Sequence record: PZ809289.1
Strand: one strand, 5' to 3'
DNA length: 64,000 nucleotides
From: a phage
In this document: positions 8,022 to 16,379 of the stretch, in pieces
How positions within the stretch are numbered: the stretch's first letter is position 1
Layout: every line of letters begins with the position of its first letter
Notes under the pieces: model-generated
The model's input: the letters and a program-made list of their open reading frames with translations, nothing else
What the model was told of the DNA's origin: nothing
Database searches by the model: none
Position numbers and translations under genes: made by a program

Positions 8022-8981
8022 ATGATGTTAGTTATTGGTTCTCGTGCACTGCACCACGCTGGTCTGATTGAAAGTAAGCATATCGAAAATTCTGATTGGG
8101 ATTTCATTGCCGACCAAGGCTCATGGAATCACTTTAAAGCACGTATGTTCGGCGCCCATGTACACGTTGACAATCCTGATGTCCAGGCTTTCAAATGTAT
8201 GCATAATGGTAAAGAAACCTATTTTGAAGCTTATATCGTTCGTGCTCTGACTAACGTACGAGAAATTACCGGTGAGCTTCAAGACGAAGATTTCACTTCA
8301 AGCTATCGTCTCCTGAAATATGCTGAAAATCATATTAAAAAGGACCGTCTTACTGGTTTCTATTGGGCCACCCCTGATATCTGTCTGGCTATCAAAACCT
8401 CTCATCGTTTCCTTAAGAATAATCCGTTCTTCTTGAAAACCATGTCCCACATCAAATACCTTCGTAATAAAGGTATCACCCTTAACGAAGAACTCCAGGA
8501 AATTATGTTGCAACGTCAAAAAGAAACGTTGAGCTATTCCCACCCTAAATTGGATGTAAACAAATCATCGTTCTTTAATGATACCATTTATACGCTGGAC
8601 CATGACTCTATTCATGAAGCAGTGGCATTGGCAGGGCGCCCTGCATATACCTTTTATATGAAGGAAGGTTCTGAAGTCATGACCTCTCGTGAGAAGTTCG
8701 AGGCTTTGCCTGAAGCTATTAAACTGGCTGGTGTATATGAAGAAACTTGTGTCCTGGCACTAGAACGTTCACAGGTTCCTAATGACTTCAATATTTCACC
8801 ATCATTAAGTTTTTATATGGCTCTTGAGAAAGTGTGTACCTCAATCACTTCAGGTTGGTTCCGCGAGTACGCCTGGGAAAACTACCAAGCTGTAGTGAAT
8901 ATGTATAAGACTTTAGGTGAAAACGACTACATTGAACGGTTTAAGCGTAACCAACATTTAATTCGTCCTTTCGAAAAATAA
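8022..8981 (+). CDS. putative nucleotidyltransferase-fold protein
   Basis: ATG 8022 after GAGGAAA; N-terminal IGSRALHHAGLIESKHIENSDWDFI resembles minimal NTase G-S...D-x-D motif, later HVHVD; about 320 aa. Confidence 0.45.
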   Translation: MMLVIGSRALHHAGLIESKHIENSDWDFIADQGSWNHFKARMFGAHVHVDNPDVQAFKCMHNGKETYFEAYIVRALTNVREITGELQDEDFTSSYRLLKYAENHIKKDRLTGFYWATPDICLAIKTSHRFLKNNPFFLKTMSHIKYLRNKGITLNEELQEIMLQRQKETLSYSHPKLDVNKSSFFNDTIYTLDHDSIHEAVALAGRPAYTFYMKEGSEVMTSREKFEALPEAIKLAGVYEETCVLALERSQVPNDFNISPSLSFYMALEKVCTSITSGWFREYAWENYQAVVNMYKTLGENDYIERFKRNQHLIRPFEK

Positions 8982-8993
8982 TTGCACAAAACA

Positions 8994-9022
8994 GTGTACA
9001 AGGTCTATAGGTGTGATACTAT
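8994..9022 (+). promoter_or_regulatory. early promoter cassette (near-identical copy of the 400-428 cassette)
   Basis: GTGTAC 8994-8999, TACTAT 9017-9022, palindrome AGGTCTATAG/CTATAGACCT. Confidence 0.55.
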
Positions 9023-9059
9023 AGACCTATCAAAACAACAGAGTGAAATGGAGAATAAA

Positions 9060-9272
9060 ATGAAACTTTCTAACCAAGCAATCAACATGTTAAACGAAGT
9101 TCGTGCAGCTGGTGCTAAATGCCTGATGGTTAACACTCGTGACGGTGACCTTCGTCAAGCATTTGGTGAATTGAAATCTGCTGACCTGGTTAAATGTTCA
9201 GTTGGTATTGGTAACGCACTTCGTGTATCCTTATCTCCTAAAGGTAAAATGTACTTTTTCAACAAAAAGTAA
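9060..9272 (+). CDS. hypothetical protein
   Basis: ATG 9060 six nt after GGAG; leader identical to the leader of gene 465-650. Confidence 0.5.
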   Translation: MKLSNQAINMLNEVRAAGAKCLMVNTRDGDLRQAFGELKSADLVKCSVGIGNALRVSLSPKGKMYFFNKK

Positions 9273-9286
9273 GTGAGGAAAATATT

Positions 9287-9973
9287 ATGAACGGTCCGAA
9301 AACTTTTAATTCTAAAGCTCGTGCAGTAGGTGGTTTTGCAGGTCATATTTCTAATGATGATATTAAAAACGAGCCTATGTTCTTTAACTGTGATTTGAAT
9401 TTTGCTGCACAAAATGGTGGTCCTATTACTCGTAGCTTTATTACTAATCTCCCTGATGAGTGGAAAGCCGTTGAATGCGTATTTGATTCCCGTGTACACA
9501 TGTTAATGCCCGGCTGGTACCCTGCAATTCCAGGCTTCCACCATGATGATGTACCCCGTCCGGATATTCCGGTTGGTCAACACTTTATTACCGCAGGGCA
9601 ACCTGATTATGATAATCCTCGATACCATTCTGAACATATTCTTGGTCTTGTTAACGCTGATGTGTGTCCTACTCATTTTGCAACCGGAACTGCCCAGTTC
9701 AGTCAGATTCCTGAAGGCGAACTTATCTATCGCCAGTGGCATAAAGAAGTTCTGGAAAAAATTGAGTCTAATGAATTAACTAAGTGGGATGCTCCTGACC
9801 GCACGTTGCTCCAGTTTGATTGGCAGACATGGCATACAGGTTCTCGTGCAGTAAGTAACGGTTGGCGCTGGTTTGGTCGTGTGTCTCGTAATACAGACCG
9901 TGTTAAAAAGATTACAAATGAAATCCGCGTTAATGCTCAAGTATATCTGGAATTTCCTATGGAGGGCTGGTAA
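9287..9973 (+). CDS. putative 2OG-Fe(II) oxygenase-like protein
   Basis: FHHDD (HxD), distal His in WHTGS and RWFGRVS (RxS) in the order expected for the 2-oxoglutarate dioxygenase fold; SD GAGGAAA. Confidence 0.45.
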   Translation: MNGPKTFNSKARAVGGFAGHISNDDIKNEPMFFNCDLNFAAQNGGPITRSFITNLPDEWKAVECVFDSRVHMLMPGWYPAIPGFHHDDVPRPDIPVGQHFITAGQPDYDNPRYHSEHILGLVNADVCPTHFATGTAQFSQIPEGELIYRQWHKEVLEKIESNELTKWDAPDRTLLQFDWQTWHTGSRAVSNGWRWFGRVSRNTDRVKKITNEIRVNAQVYLEFPMEGW

Positions 9974-10566
9974 TGGCCCTTTATGAACCTGGATGTATGG
10001 GTATTGATACAAACTTCATCCGTCGGTCGGAAAATGCCGGAATTATTATCCCAAGTGGTGAACATATGATTATTAAAAAGTCCTGGCGAAATATCGATGA
10101 CGGTGATGAAGGAATTTCAGCCAGTACAATAGATTGGTCAGGTTGTACTGCCGAAATGAAACAGCTTTTAATTGAGGAGTTCAGAATGGGTTATATCGTA
10201 AATGGTTGGCAACCGGTAAAGAAAATCACCCGCACTGACGATAAGTATATTTGTCTCCAAGATGGAAAGGCTAAGCTCATTGATACTGAATGGCTTACGT
10301 TCGGACGATATGTTGTAGCGTATTTTATTACTTTACTTCCAATGATAGTGTTGAGTTCATTTTTAATCGACGCCAATTGGAATGATGCGCTAGAACGAAC
10401 TATTATTGGTGCGGGATTAATGAACCTTTTCACCGCTGGAGCTGCTTTAAGTATTTGGTGCTTGGCTATTGAAATGCCATGGCGTTTACGTCGTCAACAA
10501 CGTCTTTACGACGAAGGTAAAAACAAACATAATTTAAATGAGTTTATTAAGGAATGCCGTAAATGA
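9973..10566 (+). CDS. membrane protein
   Basis: TAATG overlap; hydrophobic helices; C-terminal NLNEFIKECRK. Confidence 0.55.
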   Translation: MALYEPGCMGIDTNFIRRSENAGIIIPSGEHMIIKKSWRNIDDGDEGISASTIDWSGCTAEMKQLLIEEFRMGYIVNGWQPVKKITRTDDKYICLQDGKAKLIDTEWLTFGRYVVAYFITLLPMIVLSSFLIDANWNDALERTIIGAGLMNLFTAGAALSIWCLAIEMPWRLRRQQRLYDEGKNKHNLNEFIKECRK

Positions 10567-10799
10567 GTATTGCAATTTATATTAAATCTGAGTCATGTGA
10601 TTCTTATCTGTATTCCTATGATACCGGAACGTCAGAAGAGAAAATCAAAGAAGATTTAGAAAGCGACTTGGGTATGTTCTGTCCTATTGGTGACTATATG
10701 CTTCAAGTGTCTGATAGTGAAAGTCCATCATCAGAAAATAGACTTCAAATTATTATGCAAGATATTTTTAAACAATCATGGGAACGAGACGATGAGTAA
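10563..10799 (+). CDS. small acidic protein
   Basis: ATGA overlap; 78 aa. Confidence 0.4.
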   Translation: MSIAIYIKSESCDSYLYSYDTGTSEEKIKEDLESDLGMFCPIGDYMLQVSDSESPSSENRLQIIMQDIFKQSWERDDE

Positions 10800-11241
10800 G
10801 AAAGCTAAGGAATTATCGGCAGGTATTTTGTTCATGACCGTTGATAAAGAACTGGTCATGGGTCGTGTAACAGGCTCTCGTAATCCAGAGAACATGCGTC
10901 ATAAATGGGACATTCCTAAAGGCCATGTCGAACCAGGCGAAGAGCCTATTCAAGCGGCAATGCGCGAAACCGAAGAAGAGATTGGATTCACAGCATACGA
11001 TCCTGCATTCCTGAAAGACCTAGGTGAGTTCAAATATTCAAGCAATAAGAATCTACATCTGTTCTTATATACGGTGCCTGTGGAACACGAGCAGTTCAAG
11101 GATTGCAAATGTACGGCTTACCATACGTTCCCTGATGGTCGTACTATTCCTGAATTCGATGCTTTTGCCTTGATTAAACGTCCGCAATGGGAATATGTCA
11201 TGGGCCCGTCGATGTTTAAGGTTTTAGATTCGCTCTTTTGA
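10792..11241 (+). CDS. nudE: Nudix hydrolase NudE
   Basis: Nudix box GHVEPGEEPIQAAMRETEEEIG; immediately upstream of lysozyme e as T4 e.1; ATG 10792 chosen over track start. Confidence 0.8.
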   Translation: MSKKAKELSAGILFMTVDKELVMGRVTGSRNPENMRHKWDIPKGHVEPGEEPIQAAMRETEEEIGFTAYDPAFLKDLGEFKYSSNKNLHLFLYTVPVEHEQFKDCKCTAYHTFPDGRTIPEFDAFALIKRPQWEYVMGPSMFKVLDSLF

Positions 11242-11249
11242 TATAAATA
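11242..11249 (+). promoter_or_regulatory. late promoter TATAAATA upstream of lysozyme gene
   Basis: TATAAATA followed by hairpin ACCTCCT...AGGAGGT that contains the SD of e. Confidence 0.6.
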
Positions 11250-11271
11250 CCTCCTATACTCAGGAGGTATT

Positions 11272-11766
11272 ATGGATATTTTTGATATGTTACGCCTTGA
11301 TGAAGGCTGTAAATTAGACTTATATAAGGATACTGAGGGATACTATACTATTGGTATTGGCCAATTGATTACTAAGAATCCTTCTAAAGATGTTGCTCGG
11401 GCTGAACTTGATAAGCTTATGGGCCGGGTTTGTAACGGACGTATTACTATGGCTGAAGCCGAACAACTTTTTAACAGGTCGGTTGAAAATGCTCGTAGAG
11501 CTATTCTGCGTAATCCTAAATTGAAACCTGTTTATGATGTACTGGACGAAGTTCGTCGTTGTGCTTTAATTAACATGGTATTCCAAATGGGTGAAGCAGG
11601 TGTAGCTGGGTTCACTAACTCTTTACGTATGCTCCAACAGAAACGTTGGAATGATGCGGCAGTTAACCTGGCTCAATCCCGTTGGTATAAACAAACCCCT
11701 AATCGTGCTAAGCGCGTGATTTCTACATTTAAAACAGGTACTTGGAAAGCATATGAAAACTTATAA
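11272..11766 (+). CDS. e: T4-type lysozyme (endolysin) e
   Basis: 164 aa, near-colinear with T4 lysozyme ([22 protein letters not shown]..., catalytic E11/D20/T26 region conserved). Confidence 0.95.
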   Translation: MDIFDMLRLDEGCKLDLYKDTEGYYTIGIGQLITKNPSKDVARAELDKLMGRVCNGRITMAEAEQLFNRSVENARRAILRNPKLKPVYDVLDEVRRCALINMVFQMGEAGVAGFTNSLRMLQQKRWNDAAVNLAQSRWYKQTPNRAKRVISTFKTGTWKAYENL

Positions 11767-12151
11767 TGAATTTATCGCAGAGAATGTAATTCCTGCATCT
11801 AAAGAACTTTTGGCAATGTTCGAATCTGAAGAGTTCACTGAAGAACTGAATGAGAATCTGACCCAGGCCACTCCTCAGGTTATTCGCGTTCGTAATGCCC
11901 TTCAGACAGGCATGCAGGCTCGCGTCTCTAAGACTATGAAGCTGGCCTTCACCACTTCTAAAAATGAAGACTACGGTGATGGTATTGCAATGAACACTGG
12001 ACAGTATTATGTTGAGTGGAATGGCGAAACCGGTACTGCTAAGATTCGCCAAACCAGAGCAGCGGGTGGTAAAATGTTGGACATTAAACTGAACGTTAAA
12101 GAGAAAGACGTCGCGGCTTTGTTCAAGAATTGGATGAAGACCTATAAATAA
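11753..12151 (+). CDS. internal-protein-like protein with capsid targeting sequence
   Basis: Starts [11 protein letters not shown]; position of T4 ipIII; start overlaps stop of e. Confidence 0.7.
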   Translation: MKTYNEFIAENVIPASKELLAMFESEEFTEELNENLTQATPQVIRVRNALQTGMQARVSKTMKLAFTTSKNEDYGDGIAMNTGQYYVEWNGETGTAKIRQTRAAGGKMLDIKLNVKEKDVAALFKNWMKTYK

Positions 12152-12180
12152 GTTTACATCTCCTAGAATTGTGATAGTAT
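12143..12180 (+). promoter_or_regulatory. tandem late (TATAAATA) and early (GTTTAC...TAGTAT) promoters
   Basis: TATAAATA 12143-12150 immediately followed by GTTTAC 12152-12157 and a -10-like TAGTAT. Confidence 0.5.
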
Positions 12181-12233
12181 ATCTACAGTTACTTGAACAG
12201 ACCAATTAAAATATTTTCCTTTAAGGAACCCGT

Positions 12234-12830
12234 ATGAAAACGTATAAAGAATTTATCGCCGAAGCTTCTGTAGGAAAGGTCCAAGGCATTAATAAAGATG
12301 AGTGGACTTACAAAGGAAACGGCGTTGACAACCCAGGAAACGGTTTTGACGCTAAAACAGCTCCTATTGAACGGTACTTGGCTACAAAAGCTTCCGACTT
12401 TAAAGCTTTCGCCTGGGAAGGACTTCGCTGGCGTAACGACCTAAATATTGAAGCTGATGGACTTAAATTTGCCCATATCCAAGATGTTGTTGCTAGTAAC
12501 TTGGACGCAGCTTTTGTTAAAGCTGACGGTGACCTTCGTCGCTGGAATTTAAAACTGTTCTCTAAACAGAAAGGTCCTGTATTTGTACCTAAAGCAGGTA
12601 AATGGACTATTGATAATAAATTGGCTAAAGCAGTTAACTTCGCTGGTCTTGAATTTGCCAAGCATAAATCCGCATGGAAAGGTCTTGATGCAATGACTTT
12701 CCGTAAAGAATTTGCCGATGTTATGGCTAAAGGCGGCTTTAAGGCAGAAATAGATACCTCTAAAGGTACGTTTAAAGACGCTAATATTCAGTACGCTTAC
12801 GCCGTTGCTAATGCAGCCCGTGGTAATTAA
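12234..12830 (+). CDS. internal-protein-like protein with capsid targeting sequence
   Basis: Starts MKTYKEFIAEAS; 198 aa, Lys/Ala-rich; between e and denV like T4 ipII/ipIII. Confidence 0.7.
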   Translation: MKTYKEFIAEASVGKVQGINKDEWTYKGNGVDNPGNGFDAKTAPIERYLATKASDFKAFAWEGLRWRNDLNIEADGLKFAHIQDVVASNLDAAFVKADGDLRRWNLKLFSKQKGPVFVPKAGKWTIDNKLAKAVNFAGLEFAKHKSAWKGLDAMTFRKEFADVMAKGGFKAEIDTSKGTFKDANIQYAYAVANAARGN

Positions 12831-12854
12831 TAAAGCCGATACTTGATAAAAGTT

Positions 12855-12883
12855 GTTTACATCTCCTGTAGTCATGATACTAT
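12855..12883 (+). promoter_or_regulatory. early promoter cassette with flanking inverted repeat
   Basis: GTTTAC 12855-12860, TACTAT 12878-12883; ATCTCCTGTAG 12861-12871 pairs with CTACAGGAGAT 12895-12905 (contains SD). Confidence 0.6.
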
Positions 12884-12910
12884 AGACCTATCAACTACAG
12901 GAGATTAAAA

Positions 12911-13318
12911 ATGACTCGTATCAACCTTACCTTAGTATCTGAATTGGCTGACCAACACTTAATGGCTGAATATCGTGAATTACCACGTGTTTTCGGTGCA
13001 GTTCGTGAACGTATTGCCAAAGGGCAAGGCTTCTCTGATATCCCTAAAGACTTCCGCCTTGGTTCAGGGCACGTCAAGTTCTTTTATGACAAAATTGGTT
13101 TTTTGTTCTTGCGACAAAATGCAATAATTGAGGAACTTCTGAAGCGTGGTTACCAGATTCAAAATACCCATGTAGACGTAGCGGATATTCCATTACGGCT
13201 TATGAACGATTTCACTCCAACCGAAGCTGATATAGCTTTAAGCCAAGCTCGTCTGGATGAAAAAATTGCACAGCGTCCTACCTGGTACAAACATTATGGC
13301 AAGGCTATTTACGCTTAA
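12911..13318 (+). CDS. denV: endonuclease V (pyrimidine dimer DNA glycosylase) DenV
   Basis: Starts [32 protein letters not shown], essentially the T4 DenV N-terminus; C-terminal [15 protein letters not shown]. Confidence 0.95.
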   Translation: MTRINLTLVSELADQHLMAEYRELPRVFGAVRERIAKGQGFSDIPKDFRLGSGHVKFFYDKIGFLFLRQNAIIEELLKRGYQIQNTHVDVADIPLRLMNDFTPTEADIALSQARLDEKIAQRPTWYKHYGKAIYA

Positions 13319-13361
13319 TTAAATCCGTGATAGAATACTTCTATCAACTTAAGGAATAACA

Positions 13362-13661
13362 ATGAAAACTTATCAAGAATTTATCACAGAAGCCAAAGCT
13401 CCTAAAGCATTTCAAATTGGAGTTCAAGGCAATTTAGACCAAGAATATGTTGATGCTATTGTAGCAAGCCTCGGTAAACAGGGCGTACAAGTCGATTTTG
13501 TTGATTTTACCAAAGGTAATACTTTTAATATTGTTACATCTAAAGGTTCTTTAGCTAAAGTTAAAAAGGCCTTTGGCGTAGCACAAGCATATGAAATCGA
13601 CCACTCCGAATTAGAAAATAAAGGTCGCCAGAACACAATTAGAGGTTCTGGTTCTTTCTAA
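13362..13661 (+). CDS. internal-protein-like protein with capsid targeting sequence
   Basis: Starts MKTYQEFITEA; 99 aa. Confidence 0.65.
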   Translation: MKTYQEFITEAKAPKAFQIGVQGNLDQEYVDAIVASLGKQGVQVDFVDFTKGNTFNIVTSKGSLAKVKKAFGVAQAYEIDHSELENKGRQNTIRGSGSF

Positions 13662-13765
13662 TAAAGGCAAGCCGGCCCTCTCCTCATGAACGTCTAGTCC
13701 TCTGGGTGATGAACCCAAGGATGAATTATGTGCCAAGGATTAGTCCATAACTTAAAGAGTCAAAA

Positions 13766-14125
13766 ATGAAAACATATCAGCAATTTATTACTGAATCTAC
13801 CCAACGTATTAACGAAGCTATGTCGCCTGAACAGTTGGCTAAAGCTAAAGAAGGCCTGAACCCATCTGAAGTTTTTAAAGTTACAGGTAAAGACTTTGCT
13901 TCTATGGCCACTAACCAAAGCCTGGCTAAAGAACTTAAATCTAAATCTAACTTCATTCATGCTACATGGAATGGTGATTCTCTTACTTCAATAAGTGTGT
14001 ACAATAAAAAAGGTCTCCTTAAGAGTTCTTATGGCGCGGATGCCATCCGTGTTTCTAAATCAGATTGGCATAAAAACACTACTAAAGCAGAAAAACCTCA
14101 TAACCCGGCACTAGACCATCTTTAA
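13766..14125 (+). CDS. internal-protein-like protein with capsid targeting sequence
   Basis: Starts MKTYQQFITEST; 119 aa. Confidence 0.65.
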   Translation: MKTYQQFITESTQRINEAMSPEQLAKAKEGLNPSEVFKVTGKDFASMATNQSLAKELKSKSNFIHATWNGDSLTSISVYNKKGLLKSSYGADAIRVSKSDWHKNTTKAEKPHNPALDHL

Positions 14126-14133
14126 GGCTTAAT

Positions 14134-14391
14134 ATGAAAACTTACCAAGAATTTATTACAGAATCCACTTTAGTTTCTAAACGTTGGAATATGATTGTAA
14201 ACGTTAAACCTTCCGGCACTGAAGTTTCTATGGCCGACCCTAATGATGACGAACTTGAGCACGCTTTTAGCTCTAAAGAAACTGACGAGAAAGTGGTTAA
14301 GCAACTGGTTGCTGATGCAGATCAACTTCGTAAAGTAGCAGATGTTGTTAAGCTGTTTACTAAGAAAGGTTTTAAACACGAAGAACGTTAA
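14134..14391 (+). CDS. internal-protein-like protein with capsid targeting sequence
   Basis: Starts MKTYQEFITEST; 85 aa. Confidence 0.65.
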   Translation: MKTYQEFITESTLVSKRWNMIVNVKPSGTEVSMADPNDDELEHAFSSKETDEKVVKQLVADADQLRKVADVVKLFTKKGFKHEER

Positions 14392-14540
14392 TTAGCATTT
14401 TAAATGGGAGCAACCTGGACCTCACAATTCTGTGAGGGACTCCCGCCAACCTGTAATAAGGTCGAGCCCAAGTGCGGTAATGGGTAAATGCAGAAAGGGA
14501 CGAATTAATGTGCCAAGGAACGGCCCTCAAAGGAAATACT

Positions 14541-15068
14541 ATGAAATTTTTAACCCCTATTTATCTAACCTTAATGCACGCCTTCGCTGAACGCGCCATT
14601 GAACGTTTAGACTCAGACCAATATACCTGGTATGAACCTACTTCACGAATGCAAGAGTTTGGTACTCTTCGTCTTGATGGCGGTCGACAAACGGGTAAAA
14701 CAAGTGCCATTGCGCAGTTTGCTGCGGATTGGGTTTCCAAAGGTAATGATGTGATTGTTATGTCGAGTTCTTCGCATCGCTCGCGAGAAATTTGTAATAT
14801 AATAAAACAGGTTTCTAAGGCACACCCACATCTCCAAGTCGAAGGTCCCGGTTTTGTTGTCTATGATACCGTGCGCAGTTTCCTTGATGAAGACAATTTC
14901 CATAAGTATCGTGGACTATCTGTTACTCGATTATTGATTATTATCGAAGAGCCAATGCGCCTTCCAACGATGGATAAGTTCTATGAAGCTTACCAGGTAA
15001 TGATTAATAAATTTATGTGCCAAGGCGACAAGCCTTTGCCTCTGTTCTTTGTGATAGGAATGCAATGA
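14541..15068 (+). CDS. small P-loop NTPase
   Basis: Walker A GGRQTGKTS and Walker B-like RLLIIIEEP; start uncertain (ATG 14508 or 14541). Confidence 0.45.
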   Translation: MKFLTPIYLTLMHAFAERAIERLDSDQYTWYEPTSRMQEFGTLRLDGGRQTGKTSAIAQFAADWVSKGNDVIVMSSSSHRSREICNIIKQVSKAHPHLQVEGPGFVVYDTVRSFLDEDNFHKYRGLSVTRLLIIIEEPMRLPTMDKFYEAYQVMINKFMCQGDKPLPLFFVIGMQ

Positions 15069-15361
15069 TGACCGATGAAGAACTTTTTGAGTTCTGTTAT
15101 TTCTCACGTAAGGTCCGAAGAGAGGACCTTACTGCAAATTTCGAATATGCTTATTTCTACCCACTAGAATACGTGTTCATGACAGGGCCCTTTAAGGGCT
15201 CTCGTTTTAGATGTCATGCTCCTAGTATCCGATTAATGAAACAGGTTCCTTACTTCACTCTCGAGTTCATCTCAGGGCCTTGTAAGGGTATTATTACTCG
15301 TAGTCTCTTGACTTATGACCAAGAGATTCATATGATTTCTGACTGGAAAAAATATGTCTAA
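15065..15361 (+). CDS. hypothetical protein
   Basis: ATGA overlap with preceding gene; 98 aa. Confidence 0.4.
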   Translation: MMTDEELFEFCYFSRKVRREDLTANFEYAYFYPLEYVFMTGPFKGSRFRCHAPSIRLMKQVPYFTLEFISGPCKGIITRSLLTYDQEIHMISDWKKYV

Positions 15362-15572
15362 ATTGACAATTGAAGGCTCTGATGAAGCTCTGAAGATGTT
15401 TGTTGACTGGTTCCATGAACAAGGCGAGCATGGCTTTATGGAATGTTGGGATGGCGGACAATGGAATGGTAAAGAAACCGTTTATCCTAGCACATATATC
15501 TCTGTTCGTGGTGGATATGATGGGATTCATTTAGTTGAATATGATATTGCATCTGATGAGGAAGTGAAATGA
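15354..15572 (+). CDS. small acidic protein
   Basis: 72 aa ORF overlapping neighbours. Confidence 0.45.
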   Translation: MSKLTIEGSDEALKMFVDWFHEQGEHGFMECWDGGQWNGKETVYPSTYISVRGGYDGIHLVEYDIASDEEVK

Positions 15573-15847
15573 TTGAAGATATCAAGGGTTATAAACCGCA
15601 TACCGACGATAAAATCGGTAAAGTGAATGCTATCAAAGATGCTGAAGTTCGTCTTGGGTTAATGTTTAAAGCTCTAGAAGAAGAACATGTTACCTATTAT
15701 ATGAACTTAGATACCGAAGAGGTTTCTGAACAAGAACTAGACCAGGCTCATGAACGCATTACCCAGATTCGTAATGCAATTGACCGTCTTAAAGAAGCTA
15801 GTATGTGGGCTTGTCGCTCTGTGTTCCAACCAGAAGAAAAGTACTAA
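15569..15847 (+). CDS. small acidic protein
   Basis: ATGA overlap; 92 aa. Confidence 0.45.
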   Translation: MIEDIKGYKPHTDDKIGKVNAIKDAEVRLGLMFKALEEEHVTYYMNLDTEEVSEQELDQAHERITQIRNAIDRLKEASMWACRSVFQPEEKY

Positions 15848-15851
15848 AGCA

Positions 15852-15880
15852 GTTTACATCTCCTGTAGGTATGATACTAT
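15852..15880 (+). promoter_or_regulatory. early promoter cassette with flanking inverted repeat
   Basis: GTTTAC 15852-15857, TACTAT 15875-15880, arms ATCTCCTGTAG / CTACAGGAGAT. Confidence 0.6.
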
Positions 15881-15908
15881 AAACCTATCAACTACAGGAG
15901 ATTACAAA

Positions 15909-16367
15909 ATGTCAGAAATTAATTCAGAAGTATTCATCCGCCGCAACAAATTACGTCGTCAGTTCGAAACCGAATTCCGTGAACTGAATGCGTCCATCAA
16001 AAAAGCCGCCATTAAGAGCGGAGTCCCAGCCTTCTTTATTAAGTACTCTAATCACTTGTTGGACCGTGCTATCCAACGTGAAATCGACGAAAAATACGTT
16101 TTTGCTTTATTCAAGCAACTCCATAACCATGTTAAAGAAATTCATGAATTTTTAATCCAGGAACCTCTACCTGATGTAGAATCCGAAATTGTCCCTGGTA
16201 AAGTGTATCGTCCATTGCGTCTCGAAATTACCGATAAAACCTTATGGCTAGGTATGACAGTAGACCGTAAACATCCTGATAAAGGATACTCATTAAAATG
16301 TCGTATGGCATTTGTTAACTCTAAACGTTTAGAAGGTAAAACCAGCACGAAAGTAATCTATCTTTAA
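15909..16367 (+). CDS. regB: RegB endoribonuclease
   Basis: 152 aa; EVFIRRNKLRRQFETEFR...HLLDRAIQREIDE...RPLRLEITD matches my recollection of T4 RegB; ATG 15909 after GGAG, far downstream of track start. Confidence 0.8.
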   Translation: MSEINSEVFIRRNKLRRQFETEFRELNASIKKAAIKSGVPAFFIKYSNHLLDRAIQREIDEKYVFALFKQLHNHVKEIHEFLIQEPLPDVESEIVPGKVYRPLRLEITDKTLWLGMTVDRKHPDKGYSLKCRMAFVNSKRLEGKTSTKVIYL

Positions 16368-16379
16368 TAATGAGGTCTC

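Noticed and set aside
14508-14540. ATG 14508 (MCQG) as start of the P-loop gene
   Set aside because: Not rejected outright: the ATG at 14541 has the better-placed SD (AAAGGAAATACT), but 14508 remains possible.
15750-16367. Long upstream extensions of ORFs given in the track (15750, 41128, 43306, 23601, 47049, 8982, 3766, 453)
   Set aside because: Track starts use the first ATG/GTG/TTG, often inside the promoter cassette or the preceding gene; starts were moved to the ATG with a Shine-Dalgarno and/or agreement with T4 homologue N-termini.
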